A stretch of 64,000 nucleotides of DNA from an uncultured delta proteobacterium (GCA_963812015.1 CAWETI010000003.1:1088001-1152000); one strand, 5' to 3'; positions 28,503 through 39,578 are shown, counted from the first letter of the stretch. Notes: generated from the sequence alone by a model not told the origin. Numbers and translations: made by a program.

Positions 28503-29783
28503 TCAAATCTCCGGGGTGGGCACGTCTTTCCAGGCGGTGCTTTTGGCCACCGGCCGCACATGGATGATGCGGCCGTCCTTGGCGTCCAGATCGATGAAGC
28601 CCACCGGGGTCCGGGTAACATTGCCGGCCAGGAGGTTTTCCCCGGATACCGTGGTCCCCGGGGCCGGGGTCACTTCCACCAGGATCACCCGGCGGATGTT
28701 GCAGGTATCGCAGTCCATACCCGCCAGGTTCAGCTCCACCGGGCAATGGTGCCGCCGGGCCACCGCGGGGTCCACCCCATGCATGGCCGCCATGTGGGCC
28801 GACGGTGGCCGCCTCAGATGGGCAAAGGGATGGAAGACCCAGTCGGTGATCAGGGCCACGGTGTGGTGGTGCTTGAAGAGGTGGGCCCGGTCCCCGGTAT
28901 CGGCGATCATCCCCTGCATGATGTAATCGGCGGGCATGACGTAGCCCAGGTAGGACTTATCCCCCTTGAGGAAGGGCACCTCGCCGGCGGTGGCGGCGGC
29001 GAAAATTTCGGTCAGGACTTGAGCCTCCAGGCCGTAATCCTCCGGCAGAATGGGCACCAAAGTGAGGTTGCCCGAAGTCGCCAGGGGCAGGGAGCGCAAA
29101 GTGATCTGCCGGAGCAGGACCCCGCTACCCATGACCAGGGTGACGATGAGGACCGGAATGGCCAGGTATTTTACGGTGGTGGAGGGGAACAGCCGGCGTC
29201 CCAGGGCGGCGAAGGGGGCCTCCAGCCACCGGGGCAGGAACATGCCGGTGCGCTCCTGGTAGCGCCGGTAGGATTCGTCATGCAGGCTCAGCATCCGGCG
29301 CTCTTCGTCCTTGGCCAGGAAGTAATAGAGGACGAACATGAGGGAGAGGGTGGCCAGGACGATGAACCGAGGCCAGAGGATGGCCATGCCGATGCCCCAG
29401 AGGCCCAGGGCCAGGTACTGGGGGTGGCGGATACGCCGATAGAGCCCCTTATCGGCGATGCCCCACGTAAAGATTTTGCCCAAATAGACCTGGAGGGCGC
29501 AGACTGTGAAGCTGGCCAGACCCAAGAGGAACAAGACCGACCCGGCCACCCGCACGCCCTGTAAAAACAGGGTGGGGGGGAGGATCATGTGGGGCAGAAA
29601 GAACTGGGTGGTCCAGCGGGTGGCGGCGTGGGCGCCCAGGAAATTGAAGACCGGGCTGAACACCGAATAGAAGAAAAAGGCGAAGGGGCTGATCATGATC
29701 ATGACTTCGAAGGCCATGACGAAGAAAAAGAGGATGCCGCCGGCGGCGGCGATCTTCTTGGCCAGGGGGTGTTCACCGGACAT
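28503..29783 (-). CDS. ICMT/PEMT-type membrane methyltransferase-like protein with soluble C-terminal domain
   Basis: GLYRRIRHPQY, EERRM, Y..Y..RTGMFLP; start taken at ATG 29783. Confidence 0.75.
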   Translation of the reverse strand: MSGEHPLAKKIAAAGGILFFFVMAFEVMIMISPFAFFFYSVFSPVFNFLGAHAATRWTTQFFLPHMILPPTLFLQGVRVAGSVLFLLGLASFTVCALQVYLGKIFTWGIADKGLYRRIRHPQYLALGLWGIGMAILWPRFIVLATLSLMFVLYYFLAKDEERRMLSLHDESYRRYQERTGMFLPRWLEAPFAALGRRLFPSTTVKYLAIPVLIVTLVMGSGVLLRQITLRSLPLATSGNLTLVPILPEDYGLEAQVLTEIFAAATAGEVPFLKGDKSYLGYVMPADYIMQGMIADTGDRAHLFKHHHTVALITDWVFHPFAHLRRPPSAHMAAMHGVDPAVARRHHCPVELNLAGMDCDTCNIRRVILVEVTPAPGTTVSGENLLAGNVTRTPVGFIDLDAKDGRIIHVRPVAKSTAWKDVPTPEI

Positions 29784-30346
29784 GGCACCGTCCTCCTGAG
29801 ACCGGATTGGGGCAAAGATGAGGGCTCTTGTTATCAATAACCCCGGGGGCGGAAAAATCCGGCGAGGGAAAAACGGGATGACCAATTTTCCCCAGCTCCC
29901 AAGCTCTCGGGTGGGAACCCAATGGGAGGCGACGCCCTGATTTGTCAGGCATTTTCTTCCAACCCCTCGATTTTACCAAATCCCCCCTCCCATAACCCCT
30001 TGCGTTATAACGATCATATATGCAATTAGTTGGTATTGTAGATAGATCAACTGATAGTGGCAAGTTATGTAACATCCCCCTGAGACCATAACCAGTAATA
30101 GTCAGGCCTTCCATTGATTGGTGGATCAAACGCCTGATTCAAAGTGAGGGGGATGATATTTCGAAAATCTGGGAAAAATTTCTCTTTTGGCAAGATTTTG
30201 CTATTATGCCTCCCAAGAAAAAATTTGGCCACAAAAAGGGGCACCTTTCGGGGTTGAACTCCGGGAGAGATGTCTACCAATGGCATTTTTAGATTTCGGT
30301 AGCCAAGGCTGCCGCATAATCTCGGATCAAGAAAGGGAGGTGAAGG

Positions 30347-31129
30347 GTGAGCGCACTGGCAATTTCTTTGGTCGCCTTTGCCTGCATCTTCGGCGGCACG
30401 CTGTTCGGTATGTTGGTTCGCACTATTCTGCCCGAACATCATGTGAGCGATGAGTCAAAGGATGCGGTGAAGCTGGGGATCGGTATGATCGCGACGCTGG
30501 CTGCGTTGGTCCTCGGCCTGCTGATCGCCTCGGCAAAGGGTAATTTTGACACGATGAGCAGTGAGCTCAGGCAGGCTGGGTCGCGGGTCATACTGCTCGA
30601 CCGCGTCATGGCCCATTATGAACCGGAGACGAAAGAAGCCCGCGATCTGCTGCGCCGCAGCCTCGCCTCCACGATCAAGCGAATATGGCCGGAAGACAAG
30701 ATTGGGCAAGCGATTACCGAGGTCCCCGAGGGGAGGGTCGATATCGAAACTATCCAGGACCAACTTCGCCAACTATCCCCACGGAACGACGCCCAACGCT
30801 GGCTTCAGTCCCGTGCCTTACAGATCAGCAGTGATATTGCCGAAGGGCGCTGGCTCCTCATCGAGCAGTTAGGGCAGAGGTCGCTGCCGATGCCGTTCTT
30901 TGTGATGTTGGTCTTCTGGCTCACCTTCATTTTCGCCAGCTTTGGCCTGTTCTCCCCCCGCAACGCCACGGTAATGACCGTTTTGCTCGTCTGCGCCTTG
31001 TCGGCCGCGGGCTCACTCTTTCTGATCCTGGAGTTGGACACCCCGTACGAAGGGCTGATAAAGGTCTCCAGTGCGCCGCTGCGCAACGCCCTCGCGCATC
31101 TCGGTAATCTTGCGCCGCTCCCGAAGTAG
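30347..31129 (+). CDS. DUF4239-like membrane protein
   Basis: ATLAALVLGLLIASAK, LILELDTPYEGLIKVS. Confidence 0.7.
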   Translation: MSALAISLVAFACIFGGTLFGMLVRTILPEHHVSDESKDAVKLGIGMIATLAALVLGLLIASAKGNFDTMSSELRQAGSRVILLDRVMAHYEPETKEARDLLRRSLASTIKRIWPEDKIGQAITEVPEGRVDIETIQDQLRQLSPRNDAQRWLQSRALQISSDIAEGRWLLIEQLGQRSLPMPFFVMLVFWLTFIFASFGLFSPRNATVMTVLLVCALSAAGSLFLILELDTPYEGLIKVSSAPLRNALAHLGNLAPLPK

Positions 31130-31447
31130 CAGGGTGGAACAGCCCCGTATATCTGCGATGTATGAGCACCTTAAATAAAATATTTAGCTGTTTATATGGT
31201 TATCAGAGCTGAATCTCATACCCAATCGGATGGTAAATTTTTTCTGCTTTTCAAGTTCCCTCTGGGGGACCGGCTCGGAGAGAAGGCTCTGCTTTGCAAG
31301 ACTGATTCGGGATGAGAAGGAATTTCCTGGTTTATTACAGTAGGTTGCCCAAGCAGGGCCTATGCCGAAAATTTGCTCTTTCGAGCAGTAATTCATGAGT
31401 CCTTGGCTCCCCCGAAATTATGAAAAGTTCCTGAGGCGCATACCCCT

Positions 31448-31481
31448 AACCTTGAACTTTGAACTTTGAACCTGGAACTTT
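31448..31481 (+). repeat. Short heptamer tandem repeat (TTGAACT-like)
   Basis: AACCTTGAACTTTGAACTTTGAACCTGGAACTTT; other heptamer runs near 8628 and 33398. Confidence 0.55.
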
Positions 31482-31570
31482 TCGGAACAGGGGCTTGGGA
31501 AGAAGAGGGCAAAAGGGAAGCGGCTGGTGGCGTGGCGTGGTAGGGGTGGGGACCTTGGCTTGACGTGCTT

Positions 31571-32314
31571 TTATGCCAGGATCAAGGCCCCAGCCAGGAC
31601 CAGGATCTCCAGGACTTCGTTGGTGGCGCCCAGGACGTCGCCGGTGATGCCCCCCAGGCGGCGCTGGAAGTAGAGGCTCTCCAGCCAGACTATCGGGGCG
31701 GCGGCGCCGAAGAGCGCCAGCCCCGGGACGCCCAGGATCAGGAAGGCTAAAGCCCCGGCGCTGAGGCTGGCCCCGGCCAGGACCCGGGGGCTCACTCCCA
31801 GGGTCATGGCCTGCCCCAGGCCGCCTTCCGTCCGGGCGTAGGAGGAGAGATAAGCCAGGAGCACCATACCCCAACGGCTGACCACCGGGTAGAGCAGGAG
31901 GACTGGCGTTTTGCCGGGTTGGGCGGCCAGGGAGAGAAACAGGGAAAACTTCAGGATAAGCGCCAGGCTGAGGCTGATGACCCCAAAGGCCCCCACCCGG
32001 GAGTCCTTCATGATGCGGAGGGCGTCCACCGGGGTCCGGCCCCCGCCCAGGCCGTCGGCGGTGTCGGCCAGGCCGTCCAGGTGCAGCCCGCCATTGATCC
32101 ACACCGTAAACGTCAGGAGCAGGGCCGCGGCCGCGGGCGCCGGGAGGATTTTTTGTAAGCCCGCCCAGGCCCCCCAGAAACCCAAGCCCAGCAAGGCCCC
32201 GACCCAGGGAAACCAGAACAGGGAGCGGGCCAGGGCCGCCGAATCGGCGGGACCCCGCCAGGGCCAGGGCAGCTTGGTGAGGAAGGTGAGGGCCAGGGGG
32301 AGGGTGAAATTCAT
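31571..32314 (-). CDS. cobS: Adenosylcobinamide-GDP ribazoletransferase (cobalamin synthase)
   Basis: GGLHLDGLADTADG, IMKDSRVGAFG, GGITGDVLGA. Confidence 0.95.
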   Translation of the reverse strand: MNFTLPLALTFLTKLPWPWRGPADSAALARSLFWFPWVGALLGLGFWGAWAGLQKILPAPAAAALLLTFTVWINGGLHLDGLADTADGLGGGRTPVDALRIMKDSRVGAFGVISLSLALILKFSLFLSLAAQPGKTPVLLLYPVVSRWGMVLLAYLSSYARTEGGLGQAMTLGVSPRVLAGASLSAGALAFLILGVPGLALFGAAAPIVWLESLYFQRRLGGITGDVLGATNEVLEILVLAGALILA

Positions 32315-33372
32315 GCTTCCTGTTCGGCCACCCCGGCCTCGCCGAAGGTGGCCATCTCCCGGTAAATTCTGACCCCGGCTTCCAGCAGGGTGAGGCCCAG
32401 AGCGGCGCCGGTGCCTTCCCCCAGGCGCATCTGGAGGTTTAACAGGGGCTTGAGGCCCAGGGAATCCAGCATCAGCTGATGACCGGGCTCCACGGAGCGG
32501 TGGGCGGCGATGAGGTAATCGGTCACCGCGGGGGCCAGGGCCGCGGCCACCAGGGCCCCGGCGGTGGCGATGAAGCCGTCCAGCATCAGAGGCCGCCGGG
32601 CCGCGGCGGTTCCCAGGATGAGGCCGGCGATGCCGGCAATCTCCAGGCCGCCCACCGCGGCCAGGGCCCCCACGGGGTCTTCGGGGCTGGGCTTATGCAT
32701 GGCCAGGGCCCGGTTGATCACCGCCACCTTGTGGCGCCAGACGTCGTCCTCGATGCCAGTGCCCCGGCCGGTGACCGCGGCCACCGGCCGGCCGGTGAAG
32801 ACTGAGGCCAGGGCCGCAGCGGGAGTGGTGTTGCCGATCCCCATGTCCCCGGCGGCCAGGGCGTCCACCCCCGTGGCGGTGGCCTGTTCCGCCAACTCCA
32901 CCCCCACCAGGAGGGCCTTCAGGGCCTCATCTCGGGTCAGGGCCGGCTCCTGGGCCATATTGCGCGAGCCATAGGCCACCTTCCGGTCGATGAGTTCCGG
33001 GATGTGGCCGAAATCGTGGTTGACGCCGATATCCACCACCGCCACCCGGGCCCCGGCATGCCGGGCCAGGGCATTGATCCCGGCGCCCCCCCGGAGAAAG
33101 TTAAGGACCATCTGGTGGGTGACATCCTGGGGATAGGCGCTCACCCCTTCGGCCACGACCCCATGGTCCGCGGCGAAGACCACCACCCATTTCTTTTCCA
33201 GGACGGGCATCAACTCGCCGCGGATGCCCACATAGAGAGCCGCCAGTTCCTCCAGGCGGCCCAAACTGCCCCGGGGCTTGGTAAGGGAGTCCAGGCGCCC
33301 CCGGGCCTGTTCCAGCCAGGCAGGATTAACGGGTTCGATCTGGGAGATTATCTGGGATAATTCCGTCATCAT
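32311..33372 (-). CDS. cobT: Nicotinate-nucleotide-DMB phosphoribosyltransferase
   Basis: LTKPRGSLGRLE, FAADHGV, GDMGIGNTT, LDGFI, RLGEGTGA. Confidence 0.96.
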   Translation of the reverse strand: MMTELSQIISQIEPVNPAWLEQARGRLDSLTKPRGSLGRLEELAALYVGIRGELMPVLEKKWVVVFAADHGVVAEGVSAYPQDVTHQMVLNFLRGGAGINALARHAGARVAVVDIGVNHDFGHIPELIDRKVAYGSRNMAQEPALTRDEALKALLVGVELAEQATATGVDALAAGDMGIGNTTPAAALASVFTGRPVAAVTGRGTGIEDDVWRHKVAVINRALAMHKPSPEDPVGALAAVGGLEIAGIAGLILGTAAARRPLMLDGFIATAGALVAAALAPAVTDYLIAAHRSVEPGHQLMLDSLGLKPLLNLQMRLGEGTGAALGLTLLEAGVRIYREMATFGEAGVAEQEA

Positions 33373-33588
33373 AGCAACAGACCTCAATTCGTAAGATAGC
33401 TATCAGCAGTCAGCGGTCAGCTTTTAGAAAAAAAATCAGGATTGGCAAGACCAATCTATCCGGAGGGTGGGAGGGCCCACCCTGCCTTTATGCAAGTATG
33501 CCAGCCTAGCCGGGAGCGGCTAGCAGCCGGGCCGGACGCGTTGAGACGGTCCTGGCAAGGGATGGTTAATCATCCCCGGCCAGGGGGC

Positions 33589-34155
33589 TCAAGGCCGGGC
33601 CGGGGCCACAGGACCCGCCTTGACGAGCAGGGGCATTCCCGCCACCATCAGGACCACCAGGTCCGCCACCTGGGCCAGGCGCTGGTGCAGCCAGCCGGCC
33701 TGATCCCGAAACTCCCGGCCCATGGGATTGTCCGGCACAATCCCCCATCCCACTTCATTGCTGATGAGAACGGTGGGGGTGGCGGTCTTTGCCAAAGCCT
33801 CCACCAGGGATTCGCCGGCCGACTGGATGCTACCTGGGAGAGCGCCCTCCCGCAACAAGAGGTTGGTAACCCACATGGTGAGGCAGTCCACCAGGATGAC
33901 CCCATAGCCATGCTGGGCGCGGCTCAGGGCTGCCGCCAGTTCCACGGGGACCTCTTGGGTGGTCCAGTCCGAGCCCCGCTCGCGCTGGTGGGCTTCGATG
34001 CGGGCCTCCATTTCGGCATCCCGGGGTTCACAAGTGGCCACAAAGAGACGGGGCCCGGGGCAGTGGGCGGCCAGCCCCAGGCCGTAACGGCTCTTGCCGC
34101 TGCGAGCCCCTCCTAAAACCAGGGCCACCCGAAAAGCTGGCGGTGCGTTCTCCAT
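33589..34155 (-). CDS. cobU: Adenosylcobinamide kinase/guanylyltransferase
   Basis: GGARSGKS, EMEARIEAH, VDCLT, SNEVGWGIVP, FRD. Confidence 0.95.
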   Translation of the reverse strand: MENAPPAFRVALVLGGARSGKSRYGLGLAAHCPGPRLFVATCEPRDAEMEARIEAHQRERGSDWTTQEVPVELAAALSRAQHGYGVILVDCLTMWVTNLLLREGALPGSIQSAGESLVEALAKTATPTVLISNEVGWGIVPDNPMGREFRDQAGWLHQRLAQVADLVVLMVAGMPLLVKAGPVAPARP

Positions 34156-34210
34156 GGTGAAGCATTCCCGGCGCCCGAGTTATCAGCGCCCGGCTCTGGC
34201 AACCCCGGTA

Positions 34211-35116
34211 TCAGTAGGGGTTCGCCTTCATGAGCTGCAAAATTTCCTGTTGCAACTGCGGCACCCAGGCGTCAGTGAGGTAGTAGCGCGACACGTCCCG
34301 CTTCAGCGTATCCCAGGCCGTCTGGTCTTCCCGGGCATAGAGGTACAGGATGGTGCGCTTCACCAGTAGCTGCCCCAGATGGTCGGAGAAGGCCATGCCC
34401 TCAAAGCCCGGGGAAGAACCCGGTCTGAGAATGGCTTCGCATTTGCCATCCTGGGGGGTGGCCTCCTGGCAGATCTTCTGGTCCACCGCGGCCGCTTCCT
34501 TCATATACCCATCCTTAAAAGGGAGATTATCGACCGTGAGGGCGGTGGGGCTAAGATGGTAGTAAATCCGGGGCACGTTGGCCAGGAGGGAGTCGGCATG
34601 GCTGGCATGGAAATAGTCGAAACGGTTATCGTAACTCTCGAAGTAGAGCTGTCCCTGCCGGTAGGCGAATAACCCCGGAAAATCCCGGGGCCCGCCATTA
34701 TACCCCGCGGTCCGGCCCAGAAAACGCACCGGTTGGCCGGCCCCGGCCCGGGCCAGGAAGGCGAATTGACCGCAGCAATGGGCTCCTCCGGTGAACTCGG
34801 AGATGCCCCAAAAGGTGGCGGGACCTACATCCAGCCGGGCGCAGGCCATGAACCGGCCCCCCGCCAATTTCTCCAGGGTGGTGCCGTCAGCCCGGATACT
34901 CAGATCCTGCCGTATCCCCCCATCCACGGTGGCGAGATCGAGGCTGACGCCGCCGCCGGCATCTACAGTGGCGGTTGGCTTCCCTTCCAGGAGGTTCTCC
35001 AGGTTGATGACGGCCGCCAGGCGCGGCGCGGCGATTCCCTGGGACTGGACCGGTGTCACCGCCTGGGTCAGGAGCACCCAGGAAAGCAAGGCCACGGCAA
35101 GGGTTTGGCTCTTCAC
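34211..35116 (-). CDS. Hypothetical exported protein (GGAHCC motif)
   Basis: Signal peptide; FTGGAHCC, YDNRFDYF. Confidence 0.7.
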   Translation of the reverse strand: MKSQTLAVALLSWVLLTQAVTPVQSQGIAAPRLAAVINLENLLEGKPTATVDAGGGVSLDLATVDGGIRQDLSIRADGTTLEKLAGGRFMACARLDVGPATFWGISEFTGGAHCCGQFAFLARAGAGQPVRFLGRTAGYNGGPRDFPGLFAYRQGQLYFESYDNRFDYFHASHADSLLANVPRIYYHLSPTALTVDNLPFKDGYMKEAAAVDQKICQEATPQDGKCEAILRPGSSPGFEGMAFSDHLGQLLVKRTILYLYAREDQTAWDTLKRDVSRYYLTDAWVPQLQQEILQLMKANPY

Positions 35117-35426
35117 GTCAATACCTTCTTGGATTTTGTGTCTAACCTAAAAATGTATCTTAATTGCATCGAACTGCCAAGTTACGGGGTCAAAATAATC
35201 GGGGGCGCCGCGGCCGAACCCGCCTGGGTCGGTAATAGCCCGGGAGTGATCGGCCCGGCCCCGGGGAGTGCCTTGACCGGAACCGGCAAATTTGGGATGA
35301 TAGCCGAAAGGGTCGTGACCGGCGCCAGGTTTTTTGAGAGAGGGGGCTAAGGGCTTTTTCGTTTTTTCGTAAGGGCTTCCCCCGGCCCGCCCGGCTCCAT
35401 ACTTTACTTATTCCGCAAAAGGAAGC

Positions 35427-35969
35427 ATGATGACTGAGACGCGACTGACCCGGGGGCATATCCAGGTGTACACCGGGGACGGCAAGGGGAAGACCACCTG
35501 CGCCCTGGGCCTGGCCCTGCGGGCCGTGGGGCAGGGGTTCCAGGTCTACATGGTGCAGTTCATGAAGGGCCGGGAGACCGGGGAGATAAGGGCGGCGGCG
35601 GACCGCCTGGCCCCGGACCTGACCCTGCGGCCTTTCGGCCAGCCGGGCCTGGTCAATCTGCGGGCCCCCGCCCCGGAAGACCTGGCCCTGGTCCGGGAGG
35701 CCTGGGAGCTGGCCCGGCAGGTCATCCTGGCCGGGAAGCACGACCTGGTGATCCTGGATGAAATCAACCTGGCCCTGACCTTCAACCTCCTGGACCAAGA
35801 GGAGGTGTTCCAGGTGTTGCGGGACCGGCCCCCGTGGGTGGAGGTGGTCCTGACGGGCCGCCAGGCGCCCCCGGCACTGGTGGAACTGGCGGACCTGGTC
35901 ACGGAAATGCGGCCCGTGAAACACTATTACCAGGCTGGGGTGCGGGCCCGGCGCGGCATCGAATGGTAG
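35427..35969 (+). CDS. cobO: Cob(I)alamin adenosyltransferase (CobO/BtuR)
   Basis: YTGDGKGKTT, QFMKG, ILDEIN, LTGR, ADLVTEM..KH. Confidence 0.93.
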   Translation: MMTETRLTRGHIQVYTGDGKGKTTCALGLALRAVGQGFQVYMVQFMKGRETGEIRAAADRLAPDLTLRPFGQPGLVNLRAPAPEDLALVREAWELARQVILAGKHDLVILDEINLALTFNLLDQEEVFQVLRDRPPWVEVVLTGRQAPPALVELADLVTEMRPVKHYYQAGVRARRGIEW

Positions 35970-36048
35970 CGGGCTTTGAGCAAAGAGGGGCTATGAAGCC
36001 CCGGAGCGACCCCCTTCGGTCGCCAATTCCAAGGATGGAGGCATTAAG

Positions 36049-37296
36049 GTGGGAGCATTCAAGGCTCAACCGGAATCCCGGAACCGACTGTCCAGGTGGG
36101 CTCTCAACGCCGGGCTGATCGTTCTCAGTGTCATGGCGGTGATCGTTCTCCTGGAGACCGCCCTCCGCTTCACTCCCTATCGATGCCTGTTAACCCGGGA
36201 TCGCCATCTCCGCTATTATTACCAGTTCGACCCCGTGAAAGGCTTCGACATCAAGCCCAACGTCAAGGACATAACCCTGTCGGTGGACAATCGCATTGAA
36301 TATCGTATCTGGTCCAATGAACTGGGGTGCTTCGATGAGCCTTACCACGGAGAACAGGAATTTATCCTGCTTGCGGGCGACAGTTTTACGCACAGTTTTG
36401 CGCCCTTCCCGGAAAAGTGGGGGACGCAGATCGAAAAGTTGCTGCACTACCGGGTGCTGAAATGCGGGGTCAACGGGTACGGGACCTATCAGGAGCTGGA
36501 GAAGGCCAGAGAGATTATTAGCAAAATCAAGAAAAAACCCCAGTTGATCATCGTGGGTTATTTTTGGAATGACCTCAGCGACGATTACTCCTTCCCCGAT
36601 CTCACCGTGGTCGATGGATTTCTGGTGGAGTCCGCCAAATATAAGGACCCCAAGACTAATGAACTCCTAACGGAAAAATTGACCAAAAGATATACCCTGT
36701 GGGAGAAGCTGTTCAGTGGCGCCTACCCCTTAAGTTGGGGCGAAATGATCAGGTACTATCTGTCCCAGCATCTGATTATCATGAACCTGATCAATGACGC
36801 CACCGCCAGGATCTTCCCGGGGAAAAAAATCATCTACACCAACCCCAACAAGTTCCTGGCTTTCGAGGACGAGACCAAAAACGGCAAGATCTGGGAGCGG
36901 CACTTGCAGAATCTGTCGGCCTTCAAGGACCTGGCCACGGCCAATCAGGCCAATCTGCTGGTGGTGTTGATCCCCACCAACACCCAGGTCTATCCCTTCC
37001 TGGCGCCGCACCAGGGCCTTGATCTGGAAAGGCCCAACAAGATTTTGGGGCGGTTCCTGAAAGCCCAGGGCATCGATTATCTCGATTTGCTCCCCCTCAT
37101 GCGAAGCTATGCCGATCAAACCCCCTGCCCGTCCCTGGACCCGGACAAGGACCTGTACTGGCGGCACAATTCACACTGGAGCATCAGGGGCGAGCATCTG
37201 GTGGGTCTCTTGGTGTCCCGGTATATTCTCACGCACCGTCTGGTGCAGGCGCCGGACGGGGACGCCAGGCTCAAGGCGATTGAGGAAAAATTATAG
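36049..37296 (+). CDS. SGNH/GDSL-hydrolase-like membrane-anchored protein
   Basis: N-terminal TM, GDSFT, GVNGYG, WND, HWS..G. Confidence 0.75.
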   Translation: MGAFKAQPESRNRLSRWALNAGLIVLSVMAVIVLLETALRFTPYRCLLTRDRHLRYYYQFDPVKGFDIKPNVKDITLSVDNRIEYRIWSNELGCFDEPYHGEQEFILLAGDSFTHSFAPFPEKWGTQIEKLLHYRVLKCGVNGYGTYQELEKAREIISKIKKKPQLIIVGYFWNDLSDDYSFPDLTVVDGFLVESAKYKDPKTNELLTEKLTKRYTLWEKLFSGAYPLSWGEMIRYYLSQHLIIMNLINDATARIFPGKKIIYTNPNKFLAFEDETKNGKIWERHLQNLSAFKDLATANQANLLVVLIPTNTQVYPFLAPHQGLDLERPNKILGRFLKAQGIDYLDLLPLMRSYADQTPCPSLDPDKDLYWRHNSHWSIRGEHLVGLLVSRYILTHRLVQAPDGDARLKAIEEKL

Positions 37297-37392
37297 GACT
37301 GGCCTTAAGGGCGCGCTGAGGGCAGGGGAGGGGCCGGCGGCCCGGTTCCCCCCTCCCAGAGGCATGATGGTGGTCGGGGCGCCCCTGACGAA

Positions 37393-38406
37393 TTACTTCC
37401 AGACCCCGTCGATCTCGGCCTGGCACTTGGGACAGCGGCCGTCTTTGAGGTTGTAGCGCCGGATGGTATAAGCCTGGCGGTCGATGAGCAGTTCCTGGCA
37501 GGCATAGCAGTAGGTGTTCTCCCCGCCTTCCCCCGGGATATTGCCGACGTAGACATAGCGGAGTCCCGCCTTAAGGCCGATCTCCCGGGCCCGGCGCAGG
37601 GTGGTCGCCGGGGTGGCCGGCCGGTCCATCATCTTGAAGGTGGGGTGAAACGCGGTTACGTGCCAGGGGATGGTGGGGCTTACGCCTTTGATGAAGTTGG
37701 CGATCTCGGTGAGCTCGGCGTCGGAGTCGTTGTGCCCCGGGATGACCAGGGTGGTGACCTCCACCCAGACTCCCTTCTGCTTCAGCCGGATGATGGTGTC
37801 CAGCACCGGCTGCAGCCGGGCCTTGCACACCTTGCGGTAGAAATCGTCCTTGAAGCTTTTCAAATCCACGTTGTCGGCGTCAATGAACTCCGCCAGGGCG
37901 TCTGCCGACGCCTCGGTCATAAAGCCGTTGGACACAAAGACGTTGCGCAGGTTGTGTTCCCGGGCCAGGCGGGCCACGTCCTGGGCGTACTCGAAGAAGA
38001 TGGTGGGTTCGGTGTAGGTGTAGGAGATGCTGGCCGAATGAGACCCCAGGGCATAGGCCACAATGGCCTCCGGGTCGCGTTCGTCTCCCAGGATCTTGCC
38101 CCCGTGGACCCGGGGATACTGGGAGATGTCATAGTTCTGGCAGTGGAGGCACATGAAGTTGCAGCCCGTGGTGGCGATGGAGTAGGACCGGGTGCCCGGC
38201 AGGAAGTGAAACAGGGGCTTTTTCTCAATGGGGTCGATATGCTCGGCAACGACTTTAGCGTAGTTGAGGCTGTAGAGGGTGCCATCCTGGTTTTCCCGGA
38301 CGTAGCAGAGGCCCCGTTTGCCCGGATCGATCTTGCATTCGTGGGCGCATAAAAAGCACTGGACCTTCTGGTCCTCGGCGCTCTCCCAAAACCTGGCCTG
38401 GTACAT
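37393..38406 (-). CDS. amrS: AmmeMemoRadiSam-system radical SAM enzyme
   Basis: CFLCAHEC, DPIEKKPLFHF, GCNFMCLHCQN, YTYTEP, YVYVGN. Confidence 0.9.
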   Translation of the reverse strand: MYQARFWESAEDQKVQCFLCAHECKIDPGKRGLCYVRENQDGTLYSLNYAKVVAEHIDPIEKKPLFHFLPGTRSYSIATTGCNFMCLHCQNYDISQYPRVHGGKILGDERDPEAIVAYALGSHSASISYTYTEPTIFFEYAQDVARLAREHNLRNVFVSNGFMTEASADALAEFIDADNVDLKSFKDDFYRKVCKARLQPVLDTIIRLKQKGVWVEVTTLVIPGHNDSDAELTEIANFIKGVSPTIPWHVTAFHPTFKMMDRPATPATTLRRAREIGLKAGLRYVYVGNIPGEGGENTYCYACQELLIDRQAYTIRRYNLKDGRCPKCQAEIDGVWK

Positions 38407-38593
38407 AACTTCTCCTTAATCCATTATTAATATTAAATATATCCTAATGGGGGCCAATGTAAAGGCGTAAGGCCGCGTCCCGGCCGTGGGGGAAAATGGG
38501 GGGGGCGGGCCGAAAGACTTTTGCGGATTTGCCCCGGCCGTGGTTACCGCGCTCTTGCCAGGAGTCGATTCGTGTGTTAAAAACTAGGTTCAT

Positions 38594-38670
38594 GGTGGGC
38601 GTAGCTCAGTTGGCAGAGCACCGGGTTGTGGCCCCGGCGGTCGCGGGTTCAAGTCCCGTCGTTCACCCCA
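38594..38670 (+). tRNA. tRNA-His (GTG), with encoded G-1 and CCA
   Basis: G-GTGGGCG acceptor pairing with CGTTCAC; anticodon arm CCGGG-TTGTGGC-CCCGG; GGTTCAA T-loop; C discriminator then CCA. Confidence 0.97.
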
Positions 38671-38679
38671 ACAAATTCA

Positions 38680-38707
38680 AGGGGTTAGCTGATATTGGCT
38701 AACCCCT
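38680..38707 (+). terminator. Hairpin after tRNA-His/attL
   Basis: AGGGGTTAGC-N8-GCTAACCCCT followed by a T-rich tract; similar hairpin at 49672-49699. Confidence 0.65.
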
Positions 38708-39578
38708 CATTATTTTTCCCCAACACTATCCCCAACACCAAAGCCTAAAATCATCGAAAATCAGGGTTTAGGAGAGGTCCGCCAAGGGGGGAGTCGTCTG
38801 TCGAATCGAAGGTGATGTCGAAAGTGATATGCCGCCCCTCATCCCCAGCCACTCCGCCACGGCCAGCCCTGCCACGGTGGAGCCGCCGCTGGGCAAGGTC
38901 ACGGCCTGGCCGAAGCCCAACCTGAGGCTCTGAGAGCGCCGTCCTTAGGCGATTGGGCGCATCCTGGTGTTCTTTACCTTGGTCGCGCCCCGGCCCCTTC
39001 GGTCCCAAAGAGGGGTACTCTCAGCCCCAGCCCGAAATCGGAAACCCCCCGATGGGACTCCTACCCCCCCTGCCAAGTATGCACGATCCGGACCCGACCT
39101 CCATATTTTCGTCCATACCGTTTTTGTCCCCCGGAAAAATCCCTGCTCGAAACACCCCCCCCGGCCTCGATATTCCCAAAAAATTTTAAGCAAAAATCCG
39201 AGTGTGACGGGGCCTTCAAAGCTGATTCGGGGCTTCTTAGGGACTCCCCTTACCCCTTGCCCCCAACCCCTGATCGTGGCTTCCTGGCCCCCAGGATGAC
39301 TCTCAGCCCCGTGTCATTCACCCTCGTTCCATGAAGCGGGAGAGCCCTTTTGGGCTTTCCAAGAACCTTGGGAACTTCTCGCGCCGTTTTAAGACCATTT
39401 TAGTTTCTTGAAGCCCGGCCAAGACTGGAAACAGGAGATCGTGGCGGAACTTGCCTCAACTGGCTAAAATAAAACCCCCGTCCCTTACTCTTGGGAACGG
39501 GGTTTTATATATTTTCTTATAAATTAATTTGTGCTATCCTGGTTTCCACGGAAAACTTAATCAAACAAGGAGGCTACC

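Noticed and set aside
30188..30203. Sigma-54 promoter TGGCAAGATTTTGC upstream of the DUF4239-like gene
   Set aside because: GG-to-GC spacing is 9 nt rather than the required 10
33390..35426. Cobalamin riboswitch near the cob genes
   Set aside because: No B12-box or GCCACTG-type core recognised in the intergenic segments
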